A stretch of DNA of 64,000 nucleotides from an uncultured Verrucomicrobiae bacterium (lineage in GTDB: Bacteria; Verrucomicrobiota; Verrucomicrobiia; Chthoniobacterales; Terrimicrobiaceae). Shown here piece after piece: positions 11,158 through 20,095 of the stretch. A program made the position numbers and the translations under genes. The notes beneath the pieces are model-generated. The model made no database searches, had not been told where the DNA came from, and saw only the letters and a list, made by a program, of their open reading frames with translations. The stretch is from assembly GCA_963706955.1 (NCBI GenBank), contig CAVPOC010000013.1, positions 1 to 64,000 on the forward strand, read 5' to 3'. How positions within the stretch are numbered: position 1 is the first letter of the stretch; each line of letters opens with the position of its first letter.

Positions 11158-12034
11158 AATATCCTCTTTACCCTCCCGCAAATCGTTTGCTGCCAATGGC
11201 GGGCCGATTTGCGATCGGGCGGATTACGTAGCGAGGGCTCATCGGGAAATTGCGCGTTGGGAGCGTTCCCGGCGCGGAGCACTTGGCAAACTGACGGACT
11301 TCGTGCTGGGGCCCGCTGGAGCGTTTACTGAGCGCATGGTGCCGCCTTGGCTGAAAACATCCGCGGCCGTGATGATCGAGACGAGTCTGCGTTTGGCCAC
11401 CTATGCCAGTGCCTTGAGCGTGGACGAGCAAGCGGTCGCCCGTGAACAGAACCGATTGCTCCGCCGGAAAAAAGGGATCGCGGAATCGCTCCGCCTTTGT
11501 GATGACTTGGCGAAGAAGCATTGGGTAAACCATTGCAAATACGCGGCCGCAGAAGGTGCCGCTGCGGGGTTGGGAGGGATTATAGGTTTTTTTGCGGACG
11601 TCCCGCTGGTTATCTCACTGGCCATCCGCGAAGTTCGTCTGATCGGACTCTGCTTTGGATATCACGTTAATACTCCCGCTGAAGTTGATTACATTCTCCA
11701 TGTGCTCCGCATAAGCTCATCGGTTGATCCTAAGAGTAAGGCGTCTTCCCTGGAGGCTCTTAAAAGGATCGAAGCCCATCAACGCGGGCAAGCAGCTGGG
11801 CGTCGAAAGCAAAGCTTGGCTAGCGAGCAGTTACGGGTCCGGTATTTGGTTTCTCTTGAGGAGTATTCGCGATCGTTGTCGCTGCGGCTCATCCGGCGCG
11901 GAGTCCTCCATTTTGTGCCCTTTGCCGCAGCGATTACCGGGGCTTCGTTCAATGCGGCGTATGCGCACGATGTCGGCCGGGCAGCCTACATGTCTTATCG
12001 CCGAAGATTCCTCGCCGATCGCTCGACGGGTTAA
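11099..12034 (+). CDS. EcsC family protein (start uncertain)
   Basis: Motifs AAAEGAAAGLGGIIGFFADVPLVI...IGLCFGY and C-terminal FVPFAAAITGASFNAAYAHDVGRAAYMSYRRRFL match the EcsC pattern. Confidence 0.85.
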   Translation: MCGAGEFGAVFLLIHVSRYRISSLPSRKSFAANGGPICDRADYVARAHREIARWERSRRGALGKLTDFVLGPAGAFTERMVPPWLKTSAAVMIETSLRLATYASALSVDEQAVAREQNRLLRRKKGIAESLRLCDDLAKKHWVNHCKYAAAEGAAAGLGGIIGFFADVPLVISLAIREVRLIGLCFGYHVNTPAEVDYILHVLRISSSVDPKSKASSLEALKRIEAHQRGQAAGRRKQSLASEQLRVRYLVSLEEYSRSLSLRLIRRGVLHFVPFAAAITGASFNAAYAHDVGRAAYMSYRRRFLADRSTG

Positions 12035-12102
12035 TGGTTAAGAGCGAGTGGAAAGAACCGCCATCAGTCGGTGGAGACCCTAAATCTGGAGATGTTAGGG
12101 AT

Positions 12103-12129
12103 CTTTGTGGATTCTGTGAAATCTGTGGA
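12103..12129. repeat. Three degenerate 9-bp tandem units (ctttgtgga/ttctgtgaa/atctgtgga), intergenic
   Basis: Read directly from the sequence; same architecture as the GxxExxY terminal repeats. Confidence 0.55.
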
Positions 12130-12300
12130 TTAGATCCCTGGATGCGTCCTTGCGATTGGCAACTGCGGATCGCAAAAGAACCGTTCTTGTCAGGGTTGCT
12201 GATAAGCTTATCATTCTCGGTGTGGCGGTGCATGACAACCCGAGCAAGGAGCTCTGGAGAATTGTCGCGGCAATCGCGCGGCGTGTTGAGCTGATTTGAG

Positions 12301-12456
12301 ATGGAATCGGTAACGGCATCTCTGGTCGCCCTCGCGCTCGTCTTGCAATTTTTTGGTCTGTCGCGACCGACGGCAGTATTGTTTTTCTTTTCGCTCGTTC
12401 TCGTAGCTGCGCTGCTGCGATTTCATGCCACGAGTTCGCTTAACTTGAGCTTTTAA
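12301..12456 (+). CDS. Small membrane protein (DUF5993-like) upstream of the DsbB-family gene; absent from the ORF track
   Basis: MESVTASLVALALVLQFFGLSRPTAVLFFFSLVLVAALLRFHATSSLNLSF*, 51 aa, two hydrophobic segments. Its stop is 1 bp before the dsbB-like start. Confidence 0.65.
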   Translation: MESVTASLVALALVLQFFGLSRPTAVLFFFSLVLVAALLRFHATSSLNLSF

Positions 12457-12457
12457 G

Positions 12458-13039
12458 GTGCTAAGCTTTCTCTTCGCGCGTTGGGCGGGCTTGGTGGCAG
12501 CTGGGCAGCTTTTTGTCGTCTGCGGTGTGCTTCTCGGCAGTCTGACATACCAGTTCGCGCTGGGCGAGCTTCCGTGTCCGCTGTGCGTCATTCAGCGCCT
12601 GGCGTTCTTGCTGGCATGCGTGGGACCGATCGGAGTCTTGCTGCGATCGGCCGAGGGTCGAAGTGATTGGATGCGGCAGGCTCGCGGATTCGGCATGACC
12701 ATTTTAGCAGCACTGGTTGGTTCTGCGGCCTCGATCAGGCAGATCTTGTTGCACATTGTTCCGCCTGATCTCGGCTATGGTCCGCCGGTCCTTGGCTTGC
12801 ACCTCTATTCCTGGGCACTGGTCGTCTTCGGCTGCCTGATTGCTTCGAGTGCGATTGGTCTTTGCGGGCTACAAAACGAACAAGTCTCGCTCCCACGGCT
12901 CCCCGTCTACCTTCTGTGCAGTCTTACTCTCGTCATCGGGCTGACGGTCGCGTTTGCGACTTTCTTAATGCAAGGCTTCAATGCCCTGTTGCCGCCCGAT
13001 CCGACGCGGTATGAGCTTTGGCATACATTTTTTCGGTAA
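12458..13039 (+). CDS. dsbB: Disulfide bond formation protein B (DsbB/DsbI-like)
   Basis: ELPCPLCVIQR redox motif, RQILLHIVPPDLGYGPPVLGLHLYSWA, multiple TMs. Confidence 0.85.
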   Translation: MLSFLFARWAGLVAAGQLFVVCGVLLGSLTYQFALGELPCPLCVIQRLAFLLACVGPIGVLLRSAEGRSDWMRQARGFGMTILAALVGSAASIRQILLHIVPPDLGYGPPVLGLHLYSWALVVFGCLIASSAIGLCGLQNEQVSLPRLPVYLLCSLTLVIGLTVAFATFLMQGFNALLPPDPTRYELWHTFFR

Positions 13040-13084
13040 TGCCGAAACAGCCGATCCAACCGCAGAACGGCTGGGCGTTGGTGT

Positions 13085-13125
13085 TATAGCGGCTGTGTCC
13101 GCACGGCCGAGAGCTTCCCGGCGGT
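13085..13125. repeat. Degenerate REP-like palindrome related to the element at 33690
   Basis: tatagcggctgtgtccgcacggccgagagcttcccggcggt aligns with tgtagcgaccgtgtcctcacggtcgaggtttccggcggt at 33690. Confidence 0.55.
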
Positions 13126-13174
13126 CGCGTCATCTCTCAAGACGATAAACTCTATTCGTAAGCTTTTACGAGTG

Positions 13175-14401
13175 TCATGAGCTGCTTGCTCCGGTCAGCC
13201 CGAAGGCCTCATGGGCGAGGTTGGCGGCTTCGACGAGTCGAGCCTCTTCGATGATCACGGCGATCTTGATTTCCGAAGTCGAAATCATCTGGATATTAAC
13301 CCCGGCATTTCCGAGGGCCTCAAAAAGCCGCGCGGCCACCCCTGAGTGTGAGCGCATACCGATGCCGACAACGCTTAGCTTAGCAATGCCATCCGGTTTG
13401 ACGATGAGGCCGGCGCCGATGTCCCTGATGATGGGATCAAGGACGTGACCAACCTTTTCGAGTTCGTCGCGGCTCAAGGTGAACGAGATGTCGGTCGCTC
13501 CGCTGACGGAGACATTTTGCACGATCACGTCGATAATGACATTGGCATCGGCGAGCGCGGTGAAAATGCGTGAAGCGATTCCTGGCCGGTCGGGCACGTT
13601 GCTAATGGTGACCTTGGCTTGGTTGCGTTCCACCGAGACGCCGCGCACAACGACGTTTTCCAATCCGGGTGTTTCTTCTCTCACTAGGGTTCCTCTATTC
13701 GTGTTAAAGCTGCTGCGGACCTCAAAGGGGACCTTGAATTTCTTGGCGAACTCGACGGAGCGCGACTGCATGACTTTGGAGCCGGAAGCGGCCATCTCGA
13801 GGAGTTCATCGTAAGTGATTACGTCGATCTTCCTGGCGGAAGGAACGATCCGAGGATCGCAGGAGTAAACGCCGTCTACGTCGGTGTAAATCTCGCAGTG
13901 GTCGGCCTTGAGAGCGGCCGCGATGGCAATAGCGGTGAGATCACTGCCGCCGCGACCGAGCGTAGTGATTTGTCCTTGAAGGGTCTGTCCTTGAAATCCT
14001 GCGACGATGCAGATGAATCCATCCGCCAAATATCTACGGATCTGGCGGGGAGAAATATTGGCAATTTTCGCCTTGGTGTGGAGCCCGTCGGTCAGGATGC
14101 CGGCCTGGGCACCCGTAAGCGATACGGCCTTTCCGCCCATCGCGTTGAGAGTCATTGCCGTCAGGGCAATGGTTGTTTGTTCACCCGTCGCCAGGAGGAC
14201 GTCCAGCTCGCGTTCGGCAGGAAAGGGTGCCAGTTGCCGGGCGAGTTTGATCAGATTGTCGGTGACCCCTGACATCGCGGAGACCACTACCACGACCGAG
14301 TTCCCCGCTTGTTGAGTTTCGAGCACACGTCGAGCGACGTTCTGAATGCGGTCGGTAGTCCCGACTGAGGTTCCGCCGTATTTCTGAACAACGAGAGGCA
14401 T
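13175..14401 (-). CDS. lysC: Aspartate kinase
   Basis: VVQKYGGTSV, TTLGRGGSD, YTDVDGVY, two C-terminal ACT domains. Confidence 0.97.
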   Translation of the reverse strand: MPLVVQKYGGTSVGTTDRIQNVARRVLETQQAGNSVVVVVSAMSGVTDNLIKLARQLAPFPAERELDVLLATGEQTTIALTAMTLNAMGGKAVSLTGAQAGILTDGLHTKAKIANISPRQIRRYLADGFICIVAGFQGQTLQGQITTLGRGGSDLTAIAIAAALKADHCEIYTDVDGVYSCDPRIVPSARKIDVITYDELLEMAASGSKVMQSRSVEFAKKFKVPFEVRSSFNTNRGTLVREETPGLENVVVRGVSVERNQAKVTISNVPDRPGIASRIFTALADANVIIDVIVQNVSVSGATDISFTLSRDELEKVGHVLDPIIRDIGAGLIVKPDGIAKLSVVGIGMRSHSGVAARLFEALGNAGVNIQMISTSEIKIAVIIEEARLVEAANLAHEAFGLTGASSS

Positions 14402-14434
14402 GGTAGAGATTTTTGCTGCGACTGGCGATTTCAG

Positions 14435-15532
14435 TCAGGCGTTTTCGAGCAGGTGCCGGATGGAGACGAGATCGGGCTCAGCCTCTATCGGTCGGTAGTC
14501 GTCGGTGGTCATCGCGGTGTCGGGATCTTTGAGACCATGGCCGGTAACGGTCAGCACGATCCGGCGCGCGCCTGTTTTCCCGAGTTGGAACAGCCCGGCG
14601 ACGGAAGCCGCGCTGGCTGGCTCCACGAAGATTCCTTCGCTCTTCGCAAGCCAGCTCTGTGCGGCCAGAATGTCCCGGTCGGTAACGATGCCAATAGCGC
14701 CGTGACTCTCTTGGAGGGCGGAGGTTGCGTTTTGCCAGCTGGCGGGATTGCCAATCCGAATCGCTGTCGCCACCGTGTTGGGTGATTCGATGATTCGATT
14801 GTGAAAAATGGGAGCGGATCCAGAGGCTTGGAAGCCCATCATTCGGGGCAGCTTCGTTGCTCTGCCTTGCGCGAAAAACTCACCATAGCCTTTCCAGTAA
14901 GCGGTGATGTTGCCGGCGTTGCCGACGGGAAGAACATGGAGATCGGGCGCGTCCCCAAGTTCCTCAATAATCTCAAAGGCGGCCGTTTTTTGACCTTCGA
15001 TCCGGTCCGGATTGATAGAGTTGACGATGGCAATTCCCTCGAGTCCGCCGAGTTCACGGACGAGTCTCAAGGCATCGTCAAAGCTACCGCGCAGAGCGAT
15101 CACTCGTGCTCCGTAAAGGTAGGCTTGCACAAGCTTGCCGCTGGCGATCCTGCCCGCTGGGAGCAGGACCGCGCAAAGGATGCCGGCGCGGGCGGCATAA
15201 GCCGCTGCGGCCGCAGAGGTATTGCCGGTCGAGGCGCAAATAGCGGTACGCGCGCCGCGTTCCAGCGCCTTCGAGACGGCCACGGTCATCCCGCGGTCCT
15301 TGAAAGACCCGGTTGGATTCAGGCCCTCGTATTTAACAAACACCTCGGCCTCGGCGCGTTCGCTCAGACGCGGAGAATGGATGAGCGGTGTCGAACCTTC
15401 GTTCAAGGAGATAATCGGTGTTGTCTCCGATATCGGAAGGTACTGCCGAAAGCGATTTATGACCCCACGATCGTGGAGGGGTGGCGTAAGCTCCTCGCAA
15501 CGGTTTCGCGCGACTGTAGATTCGGGAGCCAT
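14435..15532 (-). CDS. thrC: Threonine synthase
   Basis: EGLNPTGSFKDRG (PLP Lys), CASTGNTS, PVGNAGN, TGHGLKDP. Confidence 0.96.
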   Translation of the reverse strand: MAPESTVARNRCEELTPPLHDRGVINRFRQYLPISETTPIISLNEGSTPLIHSPRLSERAEAEVFVKYEGLNPTGSFKDRGMTVAVSKALERGARTAICASTGNTSAAAAAYAARAGILCAVLLPAGRIASGKLVQAYLYGARVIALRGSFDDALRLVRELGGLEGIAIVNSINPDRIEGQKTAAFEIIEELGDAPDLHVLPVGNAGNITAYWKGYGEFFAQGRATKLPRMMGFQASGSAPIFHNRIIESPNTVATAIRIGNPASWQNATSALQESHGAIGIVTDRDILAAQSWLAKSEGIFVEPASAASVAGLFQLGKTGARRIVLTVTGHGLKDPDTAMTTDDYRPIEAEPDLVSIRHLLENA

Positions 15533-15610
15533 CGTTTTAGGGCTGAAAGGAAGCCGCCTTGGGCAATGATAGCAATAGGGGCGCCGGTTTCATTTTCTCA
15601 TCAAGCAGGC

Positions 15611-16909
15611 TCAGGGAAAGGATTCCACGTGCAGAAGTGCCGGGGGAGCCTTAACACAATCGAGCGCGGAGATCCGGGCCACGGCGGCTACCATTGCGCC
15701 GAAGAGTGCATCATGGATCATCAAGACGAGCACTGCCGTGCCCGCCGAGTGTGTTTCCGGCTGAATGACCGATAGAATTCCAATTTCTGCCTGCCCGAGC
15801 GCCCCGGCAATCTGCGCAAGGACACCAGGCCGGTCATCCACGGTCAACCGCAGATAATATTTGGAGAGTGAATCTTCGACTGGTTGACATTTGCCATACA
15901 AGTCATGCGAGGTGAAGCCGTAACAAAACCTCGGACTGGTCAGGCCGATCGAAGCCTCTGCCAGATCACTCAGGACCGAGCTCGATGTCGGATCCTGGCC
16001 GGCGCCGCGTCCGTAGAAAAGCGTCTCCCCGACGATGTCGCCACGCACGGCGATGGCGTTGTAGACGCCGTTGACCGAGGCCAGGACGTGGCTTTTTGGG
16101 ATCAGCGTCGGGCAGACTCGCACCTCGATCGCATTGCCCACCCCGGCCTTGATCGTCGCCAGCAACTTGATTCGGTAGTCTAATTCATCGGCGAATCGGA
16201 TATCTGAGGCCGTCACCTTGTCGATGCCGGATACGAAAATCTTCGAGGGATCGAGCCAGAAGCCATAAGCGAGCGAGGCCAAAATGATCGCCTTGTGAGC
16301 AGCGTCCCAACCGTTGATATCCAGTGTCGGGTCCGCCTCCGCGTAACCGAACTGCTGCGCCTCGGCGAGCGCAGGCGCGAAGTCCATGCCAGTGTCGGTC
16401 ATCCTGGTGAGGATGTAGTTACTGGTTCCATTGAGGATGCCGTGGATGCTCTCAAATCGATTGCTGGCGAACGATTCGCGCACCACTTTGATGATCGGAA
16501 TGCCTCCGGCCACCGCCGCCTCGTAGAAAACAGGAACCTTTCGCTCTCGCGCAAGGTGGAAGATCTCCTGACCGTGTTCCGCCAGCAGAGCCTTGTTTCC
16601 TGTCACCACCGTCTTGCCTGCGTTGATCGCCTTCTTGACGAATCCGAGCGGCGTCTCGATTCCTCCCATCAATTCGACAACGATGCGAATATTGGGATCT
16701 GAGATCAAATCGTCGGCGTTTGTCGTAAAGAGCTCGACCGGAGCGGAAACCACACGCTCCTTCTGCAAGTCGCGAACGGCGATGCGGATGACTTCGAAGC
16801 GCGTCCCGAGGCGCTGCGAAAGCAGGTTGCCGTTGGCGGCGAGGTTCTTGTAAACCCCAGCGCCAACGGTGCCAAAGCCTGCCAGGCCGATGCCAATGGG
16901 TTGACTCAT
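15611..16909 (-). CDS. hom: Homoserine dehydrogenase
   Basis: GFGTVG, EAAVAGGIP, GILNGTSNYIL, GYAEADP, C-terminal ACT domain. Confidence 0.97.
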   Translation of the reverse strand: MSQPIGIGLAGFGTVGAGVYKNLAANGNLLSQRLGTRFEVIRIAVRDLQKERVVSAPVELFTTNADDLISDPNIRIVVELMGGIETPLGFVKKAINAGKTVVTGNKALLAEHGQEIFHLARERKVPVFYEAAVAGGIPIIKVVRESFASNRFESIHGILNGTSNYILTRMTDTGMDFAPALAEAQQFGYAEADPTLDINGWDAAHKAIILASLAYGFWLDPSKIFVSGIDKVTASDIRFADELDYRIKLLATIKAGVGNAIEVRVCPTLIPKSHVLASVNGVYNAIAVRGDIVGETLFYGRGAGQDPTSSSVLSDLAEASIGLTSPRFCYGFTSHDLYGKCQPVEDSLSKYYLRLTVDDRPGVLAQIAGALGQAEIGILSVIQPETHSAGTAVLVLMIHDALFGAMVAAVARISALDCVKAPPALLHVESFP

Positions 16910-17074
16910 ATCGGGCCGGGTAGTATCCGCCCGGCGTGGGAATTACCAAATGAAAATTGCGTCTTTTCCCAACCGATACTTGAATCATGTCGCAAAAAGC
17001 GTCGAAATTGAGAGAGCAAGATTGCTCTAGACCAACTGTCGGAAAGCGTTAGGCTCGCCGACTCCGAATTTGCC

Positions 17075-17422
17075 ATGAAACACCGAATCGAACGGGTGTG
17101 TGAGGTTCTCAAGCGCGAGTTGGGGCAGATCATCCTGAGAGAACTGACCTTTCCAACTCCGCTTGTCACCATCAGCGGCGTCGACATCACACCCGATCTC
17201 AAGCAAGCACACGTTTATGTGAGCGCTATGGGCACAGATGTACAACGCGAAGCCGTCCTTTCCGTCCTTGAGCAAAACCGGGGAATGCTCCAAGCGGAAA
17301 TTTCGAAAAGGGTCGTCCTCAAACATACCCCGCATCTCAACTTCAAGCTCGATGATTCCATTGAGCGTGGCTCCCGTGTCTTGAATATTCTGGATGATCT
17401 AGGACTCGACGAAAAAAAATGA
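17075..17422 (+). CDS. rbfA: Ribosome-binding factor A
   Basis: VTISGVDITPDLKQAHVYVS...KHTPHLNFKLDDSIERG. Confidence 0.95.
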   Translation: MKHRIERVCEVLKRELGQIILRELTFPTPLVTISGVDITPDLKQAHVYVSAMGTDVQREAVLSVLEQNRGMLQAEISKRVVLKHTPHLNFKLDDSIERGSRVLNILDDLGLDEKK

Positions 17423-18396
17423 ACGCTCGTTTTTCGCAGATTGCCGAATCGATCGAGAACGCCCAACGAATTTTGGTCGCCAGTCATATCCGCCCGGACG
17501 GAGACGCCCTTGGCTCCACCATCGCCATGGCGTTGTGGATACAAGAGCTCGGCAAGACGGTCACCGCCTGGAACGAGCATGGGGTCACTCAAAGATACAA
17601 CTATCTACCCCGGCACGAACTCATCTCGGCACCGGATCCCGTTCCCCGACCATTTGATGTCGTCGTTGCCTTGGACAATTCAGTGAGGAGCCGGCTGGGA
17701 AGCGCTCTGGATGGTGTCGCTTCAATGGGAACGCTCATCAACATTGATCATCACATCAGCAACGAAGGCTATGGTGACTTGAACTATGTCGATCCGACCG
17801 CACCTGCGACAGGACAGATCATCTATGAGTTCTTCAAAGAAATCGGAGCGTCGCTAAGTTCCGATATGGCGGTAAATCTCTTTGCCGCCATCTCGACCGA
17901 TACAGGCTCATTTCAGTATCCCGGCACGGATGCCAGGACGTTTGAGGCGGCGGCAGCTCTCGTGGACGTCGGCGTGGATGTGGGGACACTTTCTCGAAGA
18001 ATGTATGACAATCAGCCCCGCCGCCGACTGGATTTGCTTCGCCACGCGCTCAACGAAGCTCGCTTTTCCTGCGACGGGCACCTTGCCAGCTACTCGCTTT
18101 CACTCGCTGCCGTCGACCAATTGGGTGTCTTGCCCGAAGACAGCGAGGGGATTATTGACCATTTGCGTTCAGTCGAGGGGGTGGTGGCCGCGGTGTTTTT
18201 CGAAGAACTGCCGGAAAGCCGGGTTCGCGTGAGCGCACGATCGAAAGATCCGCGCGTAGATGTCTGCGAGATTTGCAAGGCCTTCGGGGGCGGCGGGCAT
18301 CCGCTCGCTGCGGGAGCACGGGTGCGAGGTTCGCTCGCGGAAGTCGAAGAAAAATTTCTGGAGGCTGTCTGTCATGAGATCCGCAACCGAAATTGA
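17419..18396 (+). CDS. nrnA: DHH/DHHA1 bifunctional oligoribonuclease / pAp phosphatase
   Basis: SHIRPDGDALGS, NIDHH, TDTGSF, FGGGGHPLAAG. Confidence 0.92.
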   Translation: MNARFSQIAESIENAQRILVASHIRPDGDALGSTIAMALWIQELGKTVTAWNEHGVTQRYNYLPRHELISAPDPVPRPFDVVVALDNSVRSRLGSALDGVASMGTLINIDHHISNEGYGDLNYVDPTAPATGQIIYEFFKEIGASLSSDMAVNLFAAISTDTGSFQYPGTDARTFEAAAALVDVGVDVGTLSRRMYDNQPRRRLDLLRHALNEARFSCDGHLASYSLSLAAVDQLGVLPEDSEGIIDHLRSVEGVVAAVFFEELPESRVRVSARSKDPRVDVCEICKAFGGGGHPLAAGARVRGSLAEVEEKFLEAVCHEIRNRN

Positions 18397-19096
18397 CGGG
18401 GTATTGCTGGTCGACAAAGCGCCTGGGATGACTTCGCACGACGTGGTTGCGATTGCGCGGCGCACTTTGGGAACCAAGAAGGTGGGTCATTGCGGAACGC
18501 TTGACCCACTGGCCACCGGCCTTCTCTTGATTACCATCGGCCGCGGGACAAAGATCCAGGACCTGCTCATGAGCGAGGATAAGGAGTACGTTGGCACCAT
18601 TCGGTTGGGTGAAGTTACCGATAGCCAGGATGCCGATGGTCAGATCATTGAGACCAACCCGGTGCGTAACTTCACGCGGGAAGAGATCGAGCGGGCCTTC
18701 GACAAATTCAAAGGCGATTTCTACCAGATGCCGCCGATGATCAGCGCGATCAAGAAAAATGGAGTGCCTCTCTACAAGCTGGCACGCCAAGGCAAGCAGA
18801 TCGAACGCGATCCGCGCTTTGTCCGCGTCTACGCTCAGGAAATCAGGGAGATTCGCCTCCCGGAGATCGACTTTCTCGTCGTGTGCAGCAAGGGATTCTA
18901 TGTGAGAACCTATGCCAATGACATCGGGCGCGAGCTCGGCTGCGGCGCCCACTTGAGGGCTCTGAGGCGCACTAAGTCAGGTCGATTTGGCCTTGAGAAT
19001 GCGGTGACCGTCGAAGAATTGAAAACTGTTCCCCGCGAGGAGCTGGCAAACCGCATTTTAAGTTTGCCGACCGTCTCGCGTCTTCGCGGTGCTTGA
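18374..19096 (+). CDS. truB: tRNA pseudouridine(55) synthase
   Basis: DKAPGMTSHDVV, GHCGTLDPLATG, CSKGFYVR. ATG at 18374. Confidence 0.96.
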   Translation: MRSATEIDGVLLVDKAPGMTSHDVVAIARRTLGTKKVGHCGTLDPLATGLLLITIGRGTKIQDLLMSEDKEYVGTIRLGEVTDSQDADGQIIETNPVRNFTREEIERAFDKFKGDFYQMPPMISAIKKNGVPLYKLARQGKQIERDPRFVRVYAQEIREIRLPEIDFLVVCSKGFYVRTYANDIGRELGCGAHLRALRRTKSGRFGLENAVTVEELKTVPREELANRILSLPTVSRLRGA

Positions 19097-19147
19097 GAGC
19101 CAGGCAGAGATGCAAACGAAGTTGGATGCGTTTCTTGCGACCGTTGC

Positions 19148-20095
19148 ATGAAGGTTCTTCATTCACTTTCCGAGCTGGCGCAAATCCCGACGCCGTTGTG
19201 CGTGGCGATAGGAGTTTTCGATGGGGTGCATCTCGGTCATCAAGCTCTCATCCGCCGGGCCATCGTCGAGGCGGAGAAGATGGGCGGCTCGGCAGTGGTT
19301 CTCACATTTCACCCGCACCCGGCACGAGTGCTGCGCCCGCATTCGGCGCCACACCTTCTCACATCGACCCCGCATAAACTCCGTCTGATCGAAGAACTCG
19401 GCGGTCAGTATCTGCTCCAGCTGGGCTTTGACTCTGCTTTCGCGGCCCAGCCACCGGAGGACTTCATCGAGTCATTGGTGCGATCGTCAAGCGCCCTGCG
19501 CATGATCTGCGTGGGTCACAATTGGGCGTTTGGCAAAGGGCGGGCGGGCAATGTCGCTCTGCTCTCGACACTCGGCGAGAAGTTCGGGTTCGAAACGGTG
19601 GAGATCGAACCGGTGGAGATCGACGGCGAGCTGGTCAGCAGCACGCGCATCCGAAAGGCCGTTGAAACCGGAGATTTTGAGACGGCCCGTCGTTTTCTTG
19701 GGCGAGACTACACCATTCTTGGCACGGTCCAAACGGGAGCGGGTCGGGGACACGGCATAGGATTTCCGACAGCCAACCTTTCCGCACACAACGAACGCTT
19801 CCCACCTAACGGCGTCTATGCGGTGCGCGTGCGCATAGACGCGACGTGGCGGGATGGTGTCGCCAATGTCGGGGTGCGCCCGACGGTGGGCAACGCTCTG
19901 GAGCGCGTTCTCGAGGTCCACATCTTCGATTTTTCCGAGAACTGCTATGGCCGCGATCTCGAGGTCAAGTTCGAGCGCTTTCTGCGTCCAGAGAAAAAGT
20001 TTTCTTCCCTGGAGGAACTACGTGCCCAGATTGCGCGCGATGCAGAATCGGCGCGCAAAATTCTCAGTGCGCAGACTTCAGTGCCGCGCGCATGA
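19148..20095 (+). CDS. ribF: Riboflavin kinase / FAD synthetase
   Basis: GVFDGVHLGHQ, SSTRIR, GFPTAN, EVHIFDF. Confidence 0.96.
   Translation: MKVLHSLSELAQIPTPLCVAIGVFDGVHLGHQALIRRAIVEAEKMGGSAVVLTFHPHPARVLRPHSAPHLLTSTPHKLRLIEELGGQYLLQLGFDSAFAAQPPEDFIESLVRSSSALRMICVGHNWAFGKGRAGNVALLSTLGEKFGFETVEIEPVEIDGELVSSTRIRKAVETGDFETARRFLGRDYTILGTVQTGAGRGHGIGFPTANLSAHNERFPPNGVYAVRVRIDATWRDGVANVGVRPTVGNALERVLEVHIFDFSENCYGRDLEVKFERFLRPEKKFSSLEELRAQIARDAESARKILSAQTSVPRA

Noticed and set aside
12211..12591. 126-aa minus-strand basic ORF
   Set aside because: It is antisense to the small membrane gene and the dsbB-like gene; its K/Q/R richness mirrors the hydrophobic codons on the plus strand.
14801..15775. 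Long antisense ORFs (324 aa here; also 36652..37509, 58527..59306, 18152..18952)
   Set aside because: They are shadow ORFs opposite well-conserved genes in GC-rich DNA and have no motifs of their own.
16910..17074. Riboswitch or attenuator upstream of hom-thrC-lysC
   Set aside because: Only a short GC hairpin is present; no Thr/Ile-rich leader peptide, T-box or lysine riboswitch features were recognised.
20064..20095. 3' overlap of convergent ribF and aroE (also glgE/ubiE at 56285-56294)
   Set aside because: Short tail-to-tail overlaps are ordinary in compact genomes.
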